The notes under the pieces: model-generated | The model's input: only the letters and a program-made list of their open reading frames with translations | Databases searched by the model: none | Told to the model about the DNA's origin: nothing | Source: an uncultured bacterium | Lineage (GTDB): Bacteria; Patescibacteriota; Minisyncoccia; Phycocordibacterales; CAIRYW01 | DNA length: 64,000 nucleotides | Assembly: GCA_963766885.1 (NCBI GenBank) | Contig: CAVYBO010000001.1 | Coordinates: forward strand, 196,352-260,351 | Direction: 5' to 3' | Shown here: in pieces, positions 50,552 through 58,552 of the stretch | How positions within the stretch are numbered: the stretch's first letter is position 1 | Layout: each line of letters opens with the position of its first letter | Position numbers and translations under genes: made by a program

Positions 50552-52252
50552 TTATTTAAGTTTGTAAATCTTAAGTGTAATATTTCCATGAGGATCTTTT
50601 ATGTTTTGGACTGGCGCTTTTTGGATATCAAAACCTTGCGCTATGGAATTTATTGCATTGTTCAAGTTTTGATTTTTGCTTAAAACAGAATCCAGCGGGC
50701 CATTTGGAGTGATGTATACAAAGTATATGTCACCAGGGAAATTCTTTTCCAAACTTTCTAAGTATTGTCCTGGATTTTTTTGGTCCAATAAATATGTTAG
50801 TGGAAGCAGAGGCACTTTGTAATAAAACTGATATTTTGCAAAGTACCACATGTATCTAAACCAATCTATTCTGTCGTCATAAAACACTATGCTCTGCCCA
50901 GAAATATTGCCACCGATTTCTTGAAGATTTGCTGGACGCTTTATAGCTGGTAGGGGAGAAAAGGTCGTTTGGAGAAAATCTTCAACTTGGTCCATGCCTG
51001 TATCATAAAAGCGAACAGGAGAATAAAAATAAAAACTCTCTCCAAAAGGAACTTCTAGCAGGTTGGTATTTATTGAATAAAACATTTCTCCAGCAATGAA
51101 AATACAAACCAAAATAATCCAGGCTGTTGGTAGCGTCCCTTTCTTCTTCAAAAGTTCATATATTTCAACTGCAAATATTGCCACAGCTATTGCAACAAAC
51201 GGTGAAATGATAACTAAATATCTTTCAGCTCCTCCGGAAAAACAGAACATCAAGATCATAAAAAAGATATTTGTAAAAACGATCAATTCCAAATCACTCG
51301 ATTTTTTCTTAATCATTTTGTAAATAATGTAAACAAACGATGCTAAGAAAAGTAATATAAGAAATATCGAATTTGTATTCATCAAACTACTCCAAACAGA
51401 AGTTATGTTGTCAAAAAAGTGCGAAGATGAAAGATTTGAGGATCTGCTGGCAATCAACTCAAAATCTTTCGGATGCATTCCAACCATTGAAGAAAGCGCG
51501 GCATCAAAATGTCCGCGTGTTCTAAACACCTCCGTGTTGTAAATGATTACAGGCAAAAGAACAATTAAAACAATCCCGATAGAAACAAGAAAACTTTTCC
51601 ACTGTTTTGAAAATATACCCTTATTTCTTATGAAAATTGCCGCAAGTGCGGCTGGAATCAGAAAAATAGCAGTGTATTTTGAAAGTAAAGATAAGCCAAG
51701 AAAAAGTGAAAAAAGATAAAGCCATTTTGATTTAAAATTCTCAAGATATTGACTAAGGGTGTAAACGGAGGCCACAATAAAAACCATTTCAACGCTTTCA
51801 ATATATTCTCCAAGCGCTACCCACACTGCAGCAGAAGAGATGGCAAAAATAAAAGCCGCGATTAAAGCGGTGTTTTCATCTTTTCTTTTTTTGACTAAAT
51901 AGTAAATTATCCAGGTGATTAATATTCCAGATAAAAGTCCGGGAAGTCTCAGTACAGCTGTGCTGCTTCCAAAAAAAGTGAAAAATATTTTCTGAATTAA
52001 AAAAAACAGCGGGGGAGCATCGTGAAAAGATAAATTAGCCCACCAAGGAATATTGCCAAACCACTGAATTGGCGTGGTTTGAGTGGAACTGCCCAGATAA
52101 TCAAACCACCCTAGTGCTCGAAATCCGTAATGCGCTCCGTCTGTTGTCATGTCAAAAGCGCCGATGTTAATTACCCGAATTAAAAATGCGATAAGTAATA
52201 CTGCCCAGATTAAATATTTTTTAGATTTTTCTGGTATTTGTGATTTGTTCAT
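50552..52252 (-). CDS. GT-C membrane glycosyltransferase (ArnT/PMT-like, GT39/83)
   Basis: D...Y, D.PPLF, LR.P, L.LLSKY; many TM segments. Confidence 0.85.
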   Translation of the reverse strand: MNKSQIPEKSKKYLIWAVLLIAFLIRVINIGAFDMTTDGAHYGFRALGWFDYLGSSTQTTPIQWFGNIPWWANLSFHDAPPLFFLIQKIFFTFFGSSTAVLRLPGLLSGILITWIIYYLVKKRKDENTALIAAFIFAISSAAVWVALGEYIESVEMVFIVASVYTLSQYLENFKSKWLYLFSLFLGLSLLSKYTAIFLIPAALAAIFIRNKGIFSKQWKSFLVSIGIVLIVLLPVIIYNTEVFRTRGHFDAALSSMVGMHPKDFELIASRSSNLSSSHFFDNITSVWSSLMNTNSIFLILLFLASFVYIIYKMIKKKSSDLELIVFTNIFFMILMFCFSGGAERYLVIISPFVAIAVAIFAVEIYELLKKKGTLPTAWIILVCIFIAGEMFYSINTNLLEVPFGESFYFYSPVRFYDTGMDQVEDFLQTTFSPLPAIKRPANLQEIGGNISGQSIVFYDDRIDWFRYMWYFAKYQFYYKVPLLPLTYLLDQKNPGQYLESLEKNFPGDIYFVYITPNGPLDSVLSKNQNLNNAINSIAQGFDIQKAPVQNIKDPHGNITLKIYKLK

Positions 52253-52289
52253 AAAAATTAAATTTCATTAAGTAATTGTATCAAATATT

Positions 52290-53330
52290 TTAATAATATT
52301 GCTTGAGAAGCTTTAAATGTTCTGCATAGGTGGCGCTGCAGTGCATATTGCCTGATCTATCATTGAAATAATATAAGCAGTCGGTTTTGATTGGATTAAG
52401 CGCAGCTAATATGGCGTCAACTGAGGGGCTGGCGATTGGGGCTGGAGGAAGACCCGAGTTTAAGTAAGTGTTGTAGACAGACTTTATGTATTTGTCTCTG
52501 GGTGTTACATCAGGCCACCAGCTAGAAGTGTCTTGGCTATCAGCAGCTGCATATTGGAGAGTAGAATCAACTTGGAGCTTCATTCCGTCAAAAAGCCTAT
52601 TCCATAAAATACCAGAAACCAAACGCATATCGTCTGTGCCGATTGTTTCGCGCTGGATAAGAGATGCCATAGTCAAGGCTTCGTTAAGAGGCACAATTTT
52701 AGATGTTGAAGCTCCGTAATGAGAAAGAACTTGATTGGAAAATTGTTGGTTGAACAAAGCCTGGACCTGTTCTGGCGTAGTGCTGTCGTCCACTACATAA
52801 AGTCCTGGGAAAAATGACCCTTCTGTCAGAGGAAGATTTGAGCCTGCAATAGGGGTTAGAAATTCCTGTTTTTGCTTATTATTCCATCCAAGTTCTTTTG
52901 CAAATAATTCTGCTACCTGCTCTTTACGGAGTCCGGGGTTAATAAAAATAAAATGATTGCTATTCACAGCCGCGATATTTTGATACAAGGACATATTTGA
53001 TATTGCAATTGCAATATCTTCAAATATTTTCCAAAATATACCTCCAGTATTTTCTGCTGCTGCTTGAAGCTGAAAGGTGCTGTTATCAAGATAATTGTCT
53101 ACGGCAGGATTTTCAGCTATAGTTTTGTCTTCTGGATCAACGGTGACTGGAAAGAGTATCGGCGATGGAGGCTTTTGTTCTGCTGTTTTTACCGTAAAAG
53201 CAAGTATTAGTGGAAATGAGAACATAGCACTTCCTAAAATCGAAAGCGATAAAGCAATAAAGAAGACATTCAAAACTCCGCGTAGCAGCGTTTTTTTCTT
53301 AGAATTATTTTTGTAGGAATTTGCTGGCAT
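52290..53330 (-). CDS. mltG: endolytic transglycosylase MltG
   Basis: EGSFFP..Y, ASLIQRE, NRL..GM.LQVDST.QY, YNTY..SGLPP.PI.SP. Confidence 0.92.
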   Translation of the reverse strand: MPANSYKNNSKKKTLLRGVLNVFFIALSLSILGSAMFSFPLILAFTVKTAEQKPPSPILFPVTVDPEDKTIAENPAVDNYLDNSTFQLQAAAENTGGIFWKIFEDIAIAISNMSLYQNIAAVNSNHFIFINPGLRKEQVAELFAKELGWNNKQKQEFLTPIAGSNLPLTEGSFFPGLYVVDDSTTPEQVQALFNQQFSNQVLSHYGASTSKIVPLNEALTMASLIQRETIGTDDMRLVSGILWNRLFDGMKLQVDSTLQYAAADSQDTSSWWPDVTPRDKYIKSVYNTYLNSGLPPAPIASPSVDAILAALNPIKTDCLYYFNDRSGNMHCSATYAEHLKLLKQYY

Positions 53331-53394
53331 TTGATTGCTTATATATAGAACAATTCTATCAAAAAAATCCGAATAGAGTATGTTTCATTACTGC

Positions 53395-53435
53395 TTACTG
53401 TTTTATCGTGACGACGCGAGGGTGTTTTTTATAAT
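53395..53435 (+). repeat. diverged copy of the cassette-boundary motif (left edge of accessory region)
   Basis: TTA CTG TTT TAT CGT GAC GAC GCG AGG GTG TTT TTT ATA; reads LFYRDDARVFF in register with LRVVEDVRIFL. Confidence 0.4.
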
Positions 53436-53588
53436 TTGCTTATTTATGTGGGTTTGTAATGAAACCCTTGCTAAATCGACCTATAATTTGATAGAGTCAA
53501 TTGTTGTTCTTTCCAAAACCGCTTTACTCGAGTGAGTATCTGTGGCATATAAAGACAGGGCAACAACCAAAAAACAGAAAGACAGAAA

Positions 53589-54605
53589 ATGAAAAGAATA
53601 TTCCTCGCGGCCCTTTTGGGGCTGCTTTCGATTGCAGTAACGTCGGCGCAGACTGAGACGATGATTACCATCAAACCGTATTCGCTCAGCCCCAGGCAGT
53701 TTATTCCGGATCAGGCCACCCCGGTTTTGGGCCTCTGGATGTATCCCAACACCACGTCGCCGTGGATTGACGAAGTGGACGTGCCCATCTGGGCGGGTGC
53801 TGTCCGCACTGTTGCCGTGGTGGAGGGCGACAATCTCCGGATTCTCGGACAGCAAAAGGGGTACAACGCCGTCAATGGCGTTGTGAATGGCCGTAGTGTG
53901 CCCGTAGTTCAGATCAAGACTCAATGGGCGTTTCTGCCTCGAGCGAAGTGGACACCTGTTTTCATAGTCGCATCGACGGACTATCTGTCGAATTACAGCA
54001 AAATCGCGTCCGTCAAGCTGATATTACAGGACGTCTATACGACAGGAAACACATATCTCAACGGCTTGATGCCGACGATGCAACCTCTCCCGGTTGCAGT
54101 AAACAGCAATGTCGGGACGATGTACGTCACCCAGTCAGCGGCGCTGAAAAATACACCGTACAATAGCTGCGACATAACATCCTGCAACAGAATTAAGCTC
54201 GGAGGCTGGACAGTCTCCGTATTAAATGAGCCGATCAAGATAGCGGTTCCGCTATTTCAAATCCAGGCTCATGGTGGCAAGGTCGGCGAGATCGTCGGTC
54301 TTAGACTTGAGGATAAATTGGGCAATGTCCTAGCGGACAATGCCCAATTAACGAGCATCGGCTCGCTGATCTTCGGCGATACCAACAAGTTGACATTCCA
54401 AGTTGGGAAAACGGATGTGTTTCTTACCGGTATATTGGGCTCTACCTTTGCCCAGGGCGGGGATGAGACATGTGCTATGAACGTCGCTGGCTGGAACCTA
54501 GGCCAAGGAACCTGCACTGGTGGCTTGGTTCTGCCAGAAGGAGACTGGAACCTCGTATCCAGTGTCACGAAGTCAATCTGGGGATCTGCGTTCCAGGCCC
54601 CGTAA
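53589..54605 (+). CDS. secreted beta-rich hypothetical protein, higher GC
   Basis: Signal peptide MKRIFLAALLGLLSIAVTSA; strong terminator after the stop. Confidence 0.8.
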   Translation: MKRIFLAALLGLLSIAVTSAQTETMITIKPYSLSPRQFIPDQATPVLGLWMYPNTTSPWIDEVDVPIWAGAVRTVAVVEGDNLRILGQQKGYNAVNGVVNGRSVPVVQIKTQWAFLPRAKWTPVFIVASTDYLSNYSKIASVKLILQDVYTTGNTYLNGLMPTMQPLPVAVNSNVGTMYVTQSAALKNTPYNSCDITSCNRIKLGGWTVSVLNEPIKIAVPLFQIQAHGGKVGEIVGLRLEDKLGNVLADNAQLTSIGSLIFGDTNKLTFQVGKTDVFLTGILGSTFAQGGDETCAMNVAGWNLGQGTCTGGLVLPEGDWNLVSSVTKSIWGSAFQAP

Positions 54606-54622
54606 CGTCCTTTATTTATACA

Positions 54623-54671
54623 TACGCCGAGCTGCTTCTGTAAAATGAATGCAGCCGGCGTAATTTTTTTT
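54623..54671 (+). terminator. Rho-independent terminator
   Basis: TACGCCG(A)GCTGC..GCAGCCGGCGTA followed by T8. Confidence 0.75.
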
Positions 54672-54931
54672 GTAAAAAATTCCAAATCTGTAAACGTAAA
54701 AGCACTTCATGAGGATGAAGTGCTTGCGAGAGAAAGAGAGGAGAAAGAAGGAAAGTTGGTTGAGTTGGTGGGGTTTGGGGTGAAAAAGGGATTGGTTGAT
54801 GGTTGTGGTGAGTGGATTTTGGAGATTGCAAATCTCCCAACTTTTTTGCTTGCGCAAGTTTTCTTTCCTCGAATGAAAAGACTAAGACTTGTATTTTTCT
54901 ATGACATCATCCATCCTGTTATAATTCAACT

Positions 54932-55567
54932 ATGTGTTTTTCAGCACCAGCCAGTTTTATTGCCAGTGGGGGACTTGCCGCACTCGGCGGAGTTTCTTTG
55001 GTTACAGCTAGGAAGGAAGATAAAATTCTTGCCGCTATTCCACTTATGTTCAGTGTTCAGCAAGCTAGCGAGGGTGTCCAATGGTTATATTTAAATTCAG
55101 GTTCAGTGTCATTTGTTGCTGGTTACTATTTTTTATTTTTTGCGTTTATTTTGTGGCCAATATATGTACCAACAACAGTTTTTATTTTAGACAAAAAAGA
55201 GCGAAAAATATTACTAGGATTTATCTTTTTAGGGATTGTAATATCTTTATATTTTATTGTAGTACTACTAACACAGTCTTTGTTTATAAGTAAACTCAAT
55301 GCGTGCGTAAGTTATGCTTTTAATTTTCCATTTAAAGATTTAGTCATCTTGCTGTATTTACTAGCTATTGTGGGCCCTTTATTTATTTCTAGTATTAAGA
55401 TTTTTAGATGGTTCGGATTGACAATATCGGTTTTAGGAATTATTGCGTGGCTTTTCTTTGCTGTTACTTTTACCTCGGTATGGTGTTTTTTTGCCGCCAT
55501 TGTCAGTTCAATGTTTTTCTTGTACATAAAATACAAAAATAAATTTATTAATTCTCTACCTATTTGA
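54932..55567 (+). CDS. multi-TM membrane protein (MCFSA..SF N-terminus, DUF6629-like)
   Basis: MCFSA.ASF, A.IPL.F..QQ..EG..W, F.SVWCFFAA. Confidence 0.85.
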   Translation: MCFSAPASFIASGGLAALGGVSLVTARKEDKILAAIPLMFSVQQASEGVQWLYLNSGSVSFVAGYYFLFFAFILWPIYVPTTVFILDKKERKILLGFIFLGIVISLYFIVVLLTQSLFISKLNACVSYAFNFPFKDLVILLYLLAIVGPLFISSIKIFRWFGLTISVLGIIAWLFFAVTFTSVWCFFAAIVSSMFFLYIKYKNKFINSLPI

Positions 55568-55595
55568 GAATATCAGAACTTTCTTAGTATAAAAA
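55551..55595 (+). repeat. cassette-boundary motif copy
   Basis: ATTCTCTACCTATTTGAGAATATCAGAACTTTCTTAGTATAAAAA; 32/45 identical, ungapped, to the copy at 58082. Confidence 0.7.
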
Positions 55596-55635
55596 AGTTC
55601 TGATATAGGGTCTAATTATTTATTTTGGTGGCGAA

Positions 55636-55791
55636 TTATTTGAATGCGAAAGACATTAACACGATAGTCAAAGCGTTAAGAATCACCAATGCTAATACTT
55701 CTTGCAATTTTGTAGGAAGGGGATTCCATACAATATAGATCGTGTATATTATTGCAACAATCGCTGCGCCAATGAAATTTCCTTTTATCAT
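55636..55791 (-). CDS. 51-aa two-TM small membrane protein (below ORF-track cutoff)
   Basis: Manual translation MIKGNFIGAAIVAIIYTIYIVWNPLPTKLQEVLALVILNALTIVLMSFAFK. Confidence 0.6.
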   Translation of the reverse strand: MIKGNFIGAAIVAIIYTIYIVWNPLPTKLQEVLALVILNALTIVLMSFAFK

Positions 55792-55851
55792 ATTTATATT
55801 TTATTTGAGTTATTAATACAAAAATTGTATCACGAGTCCTGACCCATTAGT

Positions 55852-56175
55852 TCATTTTGTCGTCTTATTTTTTGTTCGCTTACTGAGGACAAACTTTTGT
55901 GATGGGCTCAGAGGCTTGTCTTTTCGGTGAATGCAGCCTATCCAACAACAAGGACGGCGTATACCTTCTTTAAGTTCTGTAGATGTCCTCTTGATGTGTT
56001 CCTTTCTTTTCTCTGGCGTCTTCACTGATTCAATCCAACAAATCCACTCATTGCGCGCAAGTGGAGTAATATCCTCCCATTTTGCTAATGCTATTTTGTC
56101 GGCAATAAGAACCTTCTTTAAATCAGCCGGTATTTTATGTACTACGCCACCCGAAATTTCTTTCTTATTCATCAT
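55852..56175 (-). CDS. YdeI/OmpD-associated family protein
   Basis: P.DLKK.L, W..ITPLARNEWICWI.S.K..E.R, RRPCCW.GC.HR. Confidence 0.85.
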   Translation of the reverse strand: MMNKKEISGGVVHKIPADLKKVLIADKIALAKWEDITPLARNEWICWIESVKTPEKRKEHIKRTSTELKEGIRRPCCWIGCIHRKDKPLSPSQKFVLSKRTKNKTTK

Positions 56176-56212
56176 ATCGTTAATTATATCAAAAGTTCTA
56201 ACAACCTACATT

Positions 56213-56263
56213 TAACTCCCCACACAGGTTGAGCGAACTTAGAACTTGTTTTTAGTATAAAAA
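56213..56263 (+). repeat. cassette-boundary motif copy with small indels
   Basis: TAACTC-CCCACACAG-GTTGAG-CGAAC-TTAGAACTT-GTTTTTAGTATAAAAA. Confidence 0.6.
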
Positions 56264-56288
56264 AATTGGCCCGAAGGTATTTGCGCCA

Positions 56289-56609
56289 GTGCGTAAATCA
56301 TCGAAAGATGCAAGTGACGAGGAGGTCAAGATTGGTTGCACCATTAAAGGTCCTGGAAAGGTTACCTTCCACGATCTGACTGATGGCAAGTCGATTGAAG
56401 TGGTTCTGCCAATTGAAGGTTCTCTCGTCATGAAGCCTGTTGGATCTGATCTGGTGGTCATCTTGGATCTCAAAGGTTTCAAGGGAAGAAAGCTGGTGTG
56501 TCTATCGTTGAATGGCAACATCTCAAGTACACCCAAGGAAACGGTATTGAGATCAAGACCCAAGTCATTGATTGAATGCGTGCTTACGAGCGCGCAATTT
56601 TTTATATAA
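56289..56609 (+). CDS. hypothetical protein, possibly 5'-truncated
   Basis: GTG ORF starting just after a boundary motif; hairpin GCGTGCT-TACG-AGCGCGC plus T6 overlaps its end. Confidence 0.5.
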   Translation: MRKSSKDASDEEVKIGCTIKGPGKVTFHDLTDGKSIEVVLPIEGSLVMKPVGSDLVVILDLKGFKGRKLVCLSLNGNISSTPKETVLRSRPKSLIECVLTSAQFFI

Positions 56610-56614
56610 AAAAT

Positions 56615-56642
56615 TCGCTGCGAGCCACAGGGCTATCAGCGA
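56615..56642 (-). terminator. terminator hairpin, related to the one at 57783
   Basis: TCGCTG..GAGCCACAGGGCT..CAGCGA preceded by an A-run (U-tract on the minus strand). Confidence 0.7.
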
Positions 56643-56893
56643 TATGAACTAGTCTTTTTTGCACCAAGTTTTTTACTTTTTCTTTTCGGTTCTTTTTCCC
56701 AATGTATGAAGGTGGGGTAGTGCAACTCGCCACCGTCTTCAACCACATATCGAGGATCAATGATGACTACTGCTGTGATAAAAGGGTAGATTCGGAGAAA
56801 AGTTTTGCAGACATTTCCACGAAATTCATAACCTCTATCTATCAGCATCTGGTGCAGATCGCTCTTAGGGTTAGCACTTCGTTTGATTCTCAC
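56636..56893 (-). CDS. small hypothetical protein
   Basis: GTG start with AGGAGG Shine-Dalgarno upstream; own terminator. Confidence 0.7.
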   Translation of the reverse strand: MRIKRSANPKSDLHQMLIDRGYEFRGNVCKTFLRIYPFITAVVIIDPRYVVEDGGELHYPTFIHWEKEPKRKSKKLGAKKTSSYR

Positions 56894-57063
56894 AATTTTT
56901 CCTCCTTTCTAAAGCACACACTACATCAAAATAATAAATTGTAAATAACTTTGATCGAGAAACTTTTTTGTACAAAATTATTCAGAAAATAATATAAAAA
57001 ATTCCACCCAACTCGAAAGTTGAATGGTTTGTGTGAATCAGACTGTTGACAAGTCTTTGTGGC

Positions 57064-57615
57064 CTACTGGAACAAGTCACCCAAGTCACCGAACTCGCCG
57101 CCGAGTCCGCCGAGCAAACTTGCCATCGCCATGACCCTCCTGCGTCCCGGGCTAAACATACCGAGGATGTCATCGAGGTCGTGCTCGCCGGCTTTCTTCG
57201 GAATGGTAACGACTTGGCCGCCCTCGCGGATGCCGATGTCGCTGACGAGATGCAAGTCGAACTCGACGCGCACCATTTTCCAGAAGATGTCGCGGAGCGC
57301 CTCGAGTTCCTTGGTCATGCTGTTGTGTCGATTTGCAGTCTCGATAAGGATGCGCCGCTTCTCGGAGCAGACCGTCTCGTCGTGGGCCGCGGCATCCAGA
57401 TGGTAGTTGTTGAAATCGGCGTTTAAACGCTCGTACTCAAGACGGATCTTTCCCTGTTCCGTTTTCACCTGGGCGGCGGTTTGGAGCATGAGGCCGAAGA
57501 AACGTTTGAGGTAGTCGGGCAGGGTGCCGACGACGGTCTCACCTTCGCCGACCTTTTCGGGGAACTTCACGTTCTTGAGCTTGATTTTGGCCAATTGGCC
57601 GAGGATATCTTTCAT
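57064..57615 (-). CDS. hypothetical protein, high GC
   Basis: 183-aa ATG ORF with GC-rich third positions; own promoter. Confidence 0.8.
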   Translation of the reverse strand: MKDILGQLAKIKLKNVKFPEKVGEGETVVGTLPDYLKRFFGLMLQTAAQVKTEQGKIRLEYERLNADFNNYHLDAAAHDETVCSEKRRILIETANRHNSMTKELEALRDIFWKMVRVEFDLHLVSDIGIREGGQVVTIPKKAGEHDLDDILGMFSPGRRRVMAMASLLGGLGGEFGDLGDLFQ

Positions 57616-57704
57616 GGATTAGCTGTATGGATTGTTGATGGTTCTGTCTTTTCAGGAAACCTCGGCTCAAGAGAGCTTAGTCTGATACTGTAAAGAACGA
57701 GGAT

Positions 57705-57733
57705 TTTATAACATTTCAATAGTTATGTGTCAA
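57705..57733 (-). promoter_or_regulatory. sigma70 promoter abutting a boundary motif
   Basis: TTGACA-N17-TATAAA on the minus strand. Confidence 0.75.
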
Positions 57734-57735
57734 TT

Positions 57736-57780
57736 TTACTCCGCGTAGTTGAGGATGTTAGAATATTTTTGGTACAAAAA
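57736..57780 (+). repeat. cassette-boundary motif copy
   Basis: TTACTCCGCGTAGTTGAGGATGTTAGAATATTTTTGGTACAAAAA; 35/45 identical to 58082 with a 17-nt exact core. Confidence 0.85.
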
Positions 57781-57782
57781 AT

Positions 57783-57811
57783 ATCGCTCTGAGCCACAGG
57801 GCTTGAGCGAT
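57783..57811 (-). terminator. terminator hairpin, related to the one at 56615
   Basis: ATCGCTC-T-GAGCCACAGGGCTT-GAGCGAT preceded by an A-run. Confidence 0.7.
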
Positions 57812-58029
57812 TATTGTTTCCTAAGAGTGACGTACGTCCAGCCATTTCTCCCCGGCTGCGCTTTGACCAGGTCTGCAAATCCATCGTACTGGGCACATTC
57901 CCATTCTACGAAGTCTTCTTTTTTGAACTCCCATTCCCCCTCGACATGCAGGGATATTTCTTCACCACAGTCAAATTCCTGGAACTTGGTAGCCGGGATT
58001 TGGATTACTCCGATTTCTTTTTTTAGCAT
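57811..58029 (-). CDS. small acidic hypothetical protein
   Basis: 72-aa ATG ORF bracketed by two motif copies. Confidence 0.7.
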   Translation of the reverse strand: MLKKEIGVIQIPATKFQEFDCGEEISLHVEGEWEFKKEDFVEWECAQYDGFADLVKAQPGRNGWTYVTLRKQ

Positions 58030-58081
58030 ATTTAGATGTATCCGAACTAACCTTAACGAAACTAGGTATATTTGTAAAGTT

Positions 58082-58126
58082 AAACTCTGTTTGGTTGAGG
58101 ATGTTAGAATTTTTTTAATATAAAAA
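58082..58126 (+). repeat. cassette-boundary motif copy
   Basis: AAACTCTGTTTGGTTGAGGATGTTAGAATTTTTTTAATATAAAAA. Confidence 0.85.
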
Positions 58127-58137
58127 CAGAAAACCCA

Positions 58138-58470
58138 CTATCTCACGACAGAGGGTTTCTGTGTTGAGACAGCGGGTTGTTGCCGTTTAGGCGAACCCAG
58201 GCCGAAAGGGAGTTCCTTGCTGTCCGTGCCGACGACTTCAGTGGCGGTGTAAGCCTGACCACCACCAAGTGCCTTGAGTGTTGCCTCCTTCGTGTGGTGT
58301 CCGAAGAGAACGACATACTCGGGGTGCTGAGGGTGTTGGCTCGCTTCGGTCATCAGACCATTGACGAGTTTTCCGACTTCCGACTCGTGCCACGCTCCTC
58401 CTTTGCGGTGGAGAACGGTCATCTTTAGTTTCCGGCGATTTTCGCCGACTTGCATTGCAAATAAGTCCAT
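58138..58470 (-). CDS. hypothetical protein, higher GC
   Basis: ATG with AGGAG SD; TTGACA..TATATA promoter at 58518-58550 on the minus strand. Confidence 0.75.
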   Translation of the reverse strand: MDLFAMQVGENRRKLKMTVLHRKGGAWHESEVGKLVNGLMTEASQHPQHPEYVVLFGHHTKEATLKALGGGQAYTATEVVGTDSKELPFGLGSPKRQQPAVSTQKPSVVR

Positions 58471-58552
58471 TGGATTTCTCCTGGGTTGATTTTTGTATTG
58501 TGAAATTTACTGCCAGTTTATATAATGGCACGAATATATTTTTTTGTCAAAT

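Noticed and set aside
54864-54900. Very weak in-register motif-like stretch (FPRMKRLRLVFF)
   Set aside because: Only the AGA codon and T-run agree; not distinguishable from chance by eye.
54645-55094. 149-aa ORF across the C-free tract
   Set aside because: Starts inside a terminator, overlaps the DUF6629-like gene out of frame and has no recognisable motif.
56578-56612. Possible extra motif copy
   Set aside because: Only the T-run/TATAAAAA tail matches; better explained as a terminator hairpin for ORF 56289-56609.
56871-56897. TTAGCACT as half of a CIRCE operator
   Set aside because: No matching GAGTGCTAA arm; it lies inside a CDS far from hsp20.
57046-57426. Plus-strand ORFs of 126 and 115 aa
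   Set aside because: Shadows of the GC-rich minus-strand gene, which has the promoter.
55551-58126. CRISPR array interpretation of the repeated motif
   Set aside because: Spacing is hundreds of bp and variable, intervals contain whole genes, copies are divergent and no cas genes are present.
55551-58126. Classical integron attC sites or Xer dif/pdif sites
   Set aside because: No RYYYAAC..GTTRRRY-bounded long palindrome and no intI; only ATGTTA resembles the XerD arm and the 11-6-11 layout does not fit convincingly.
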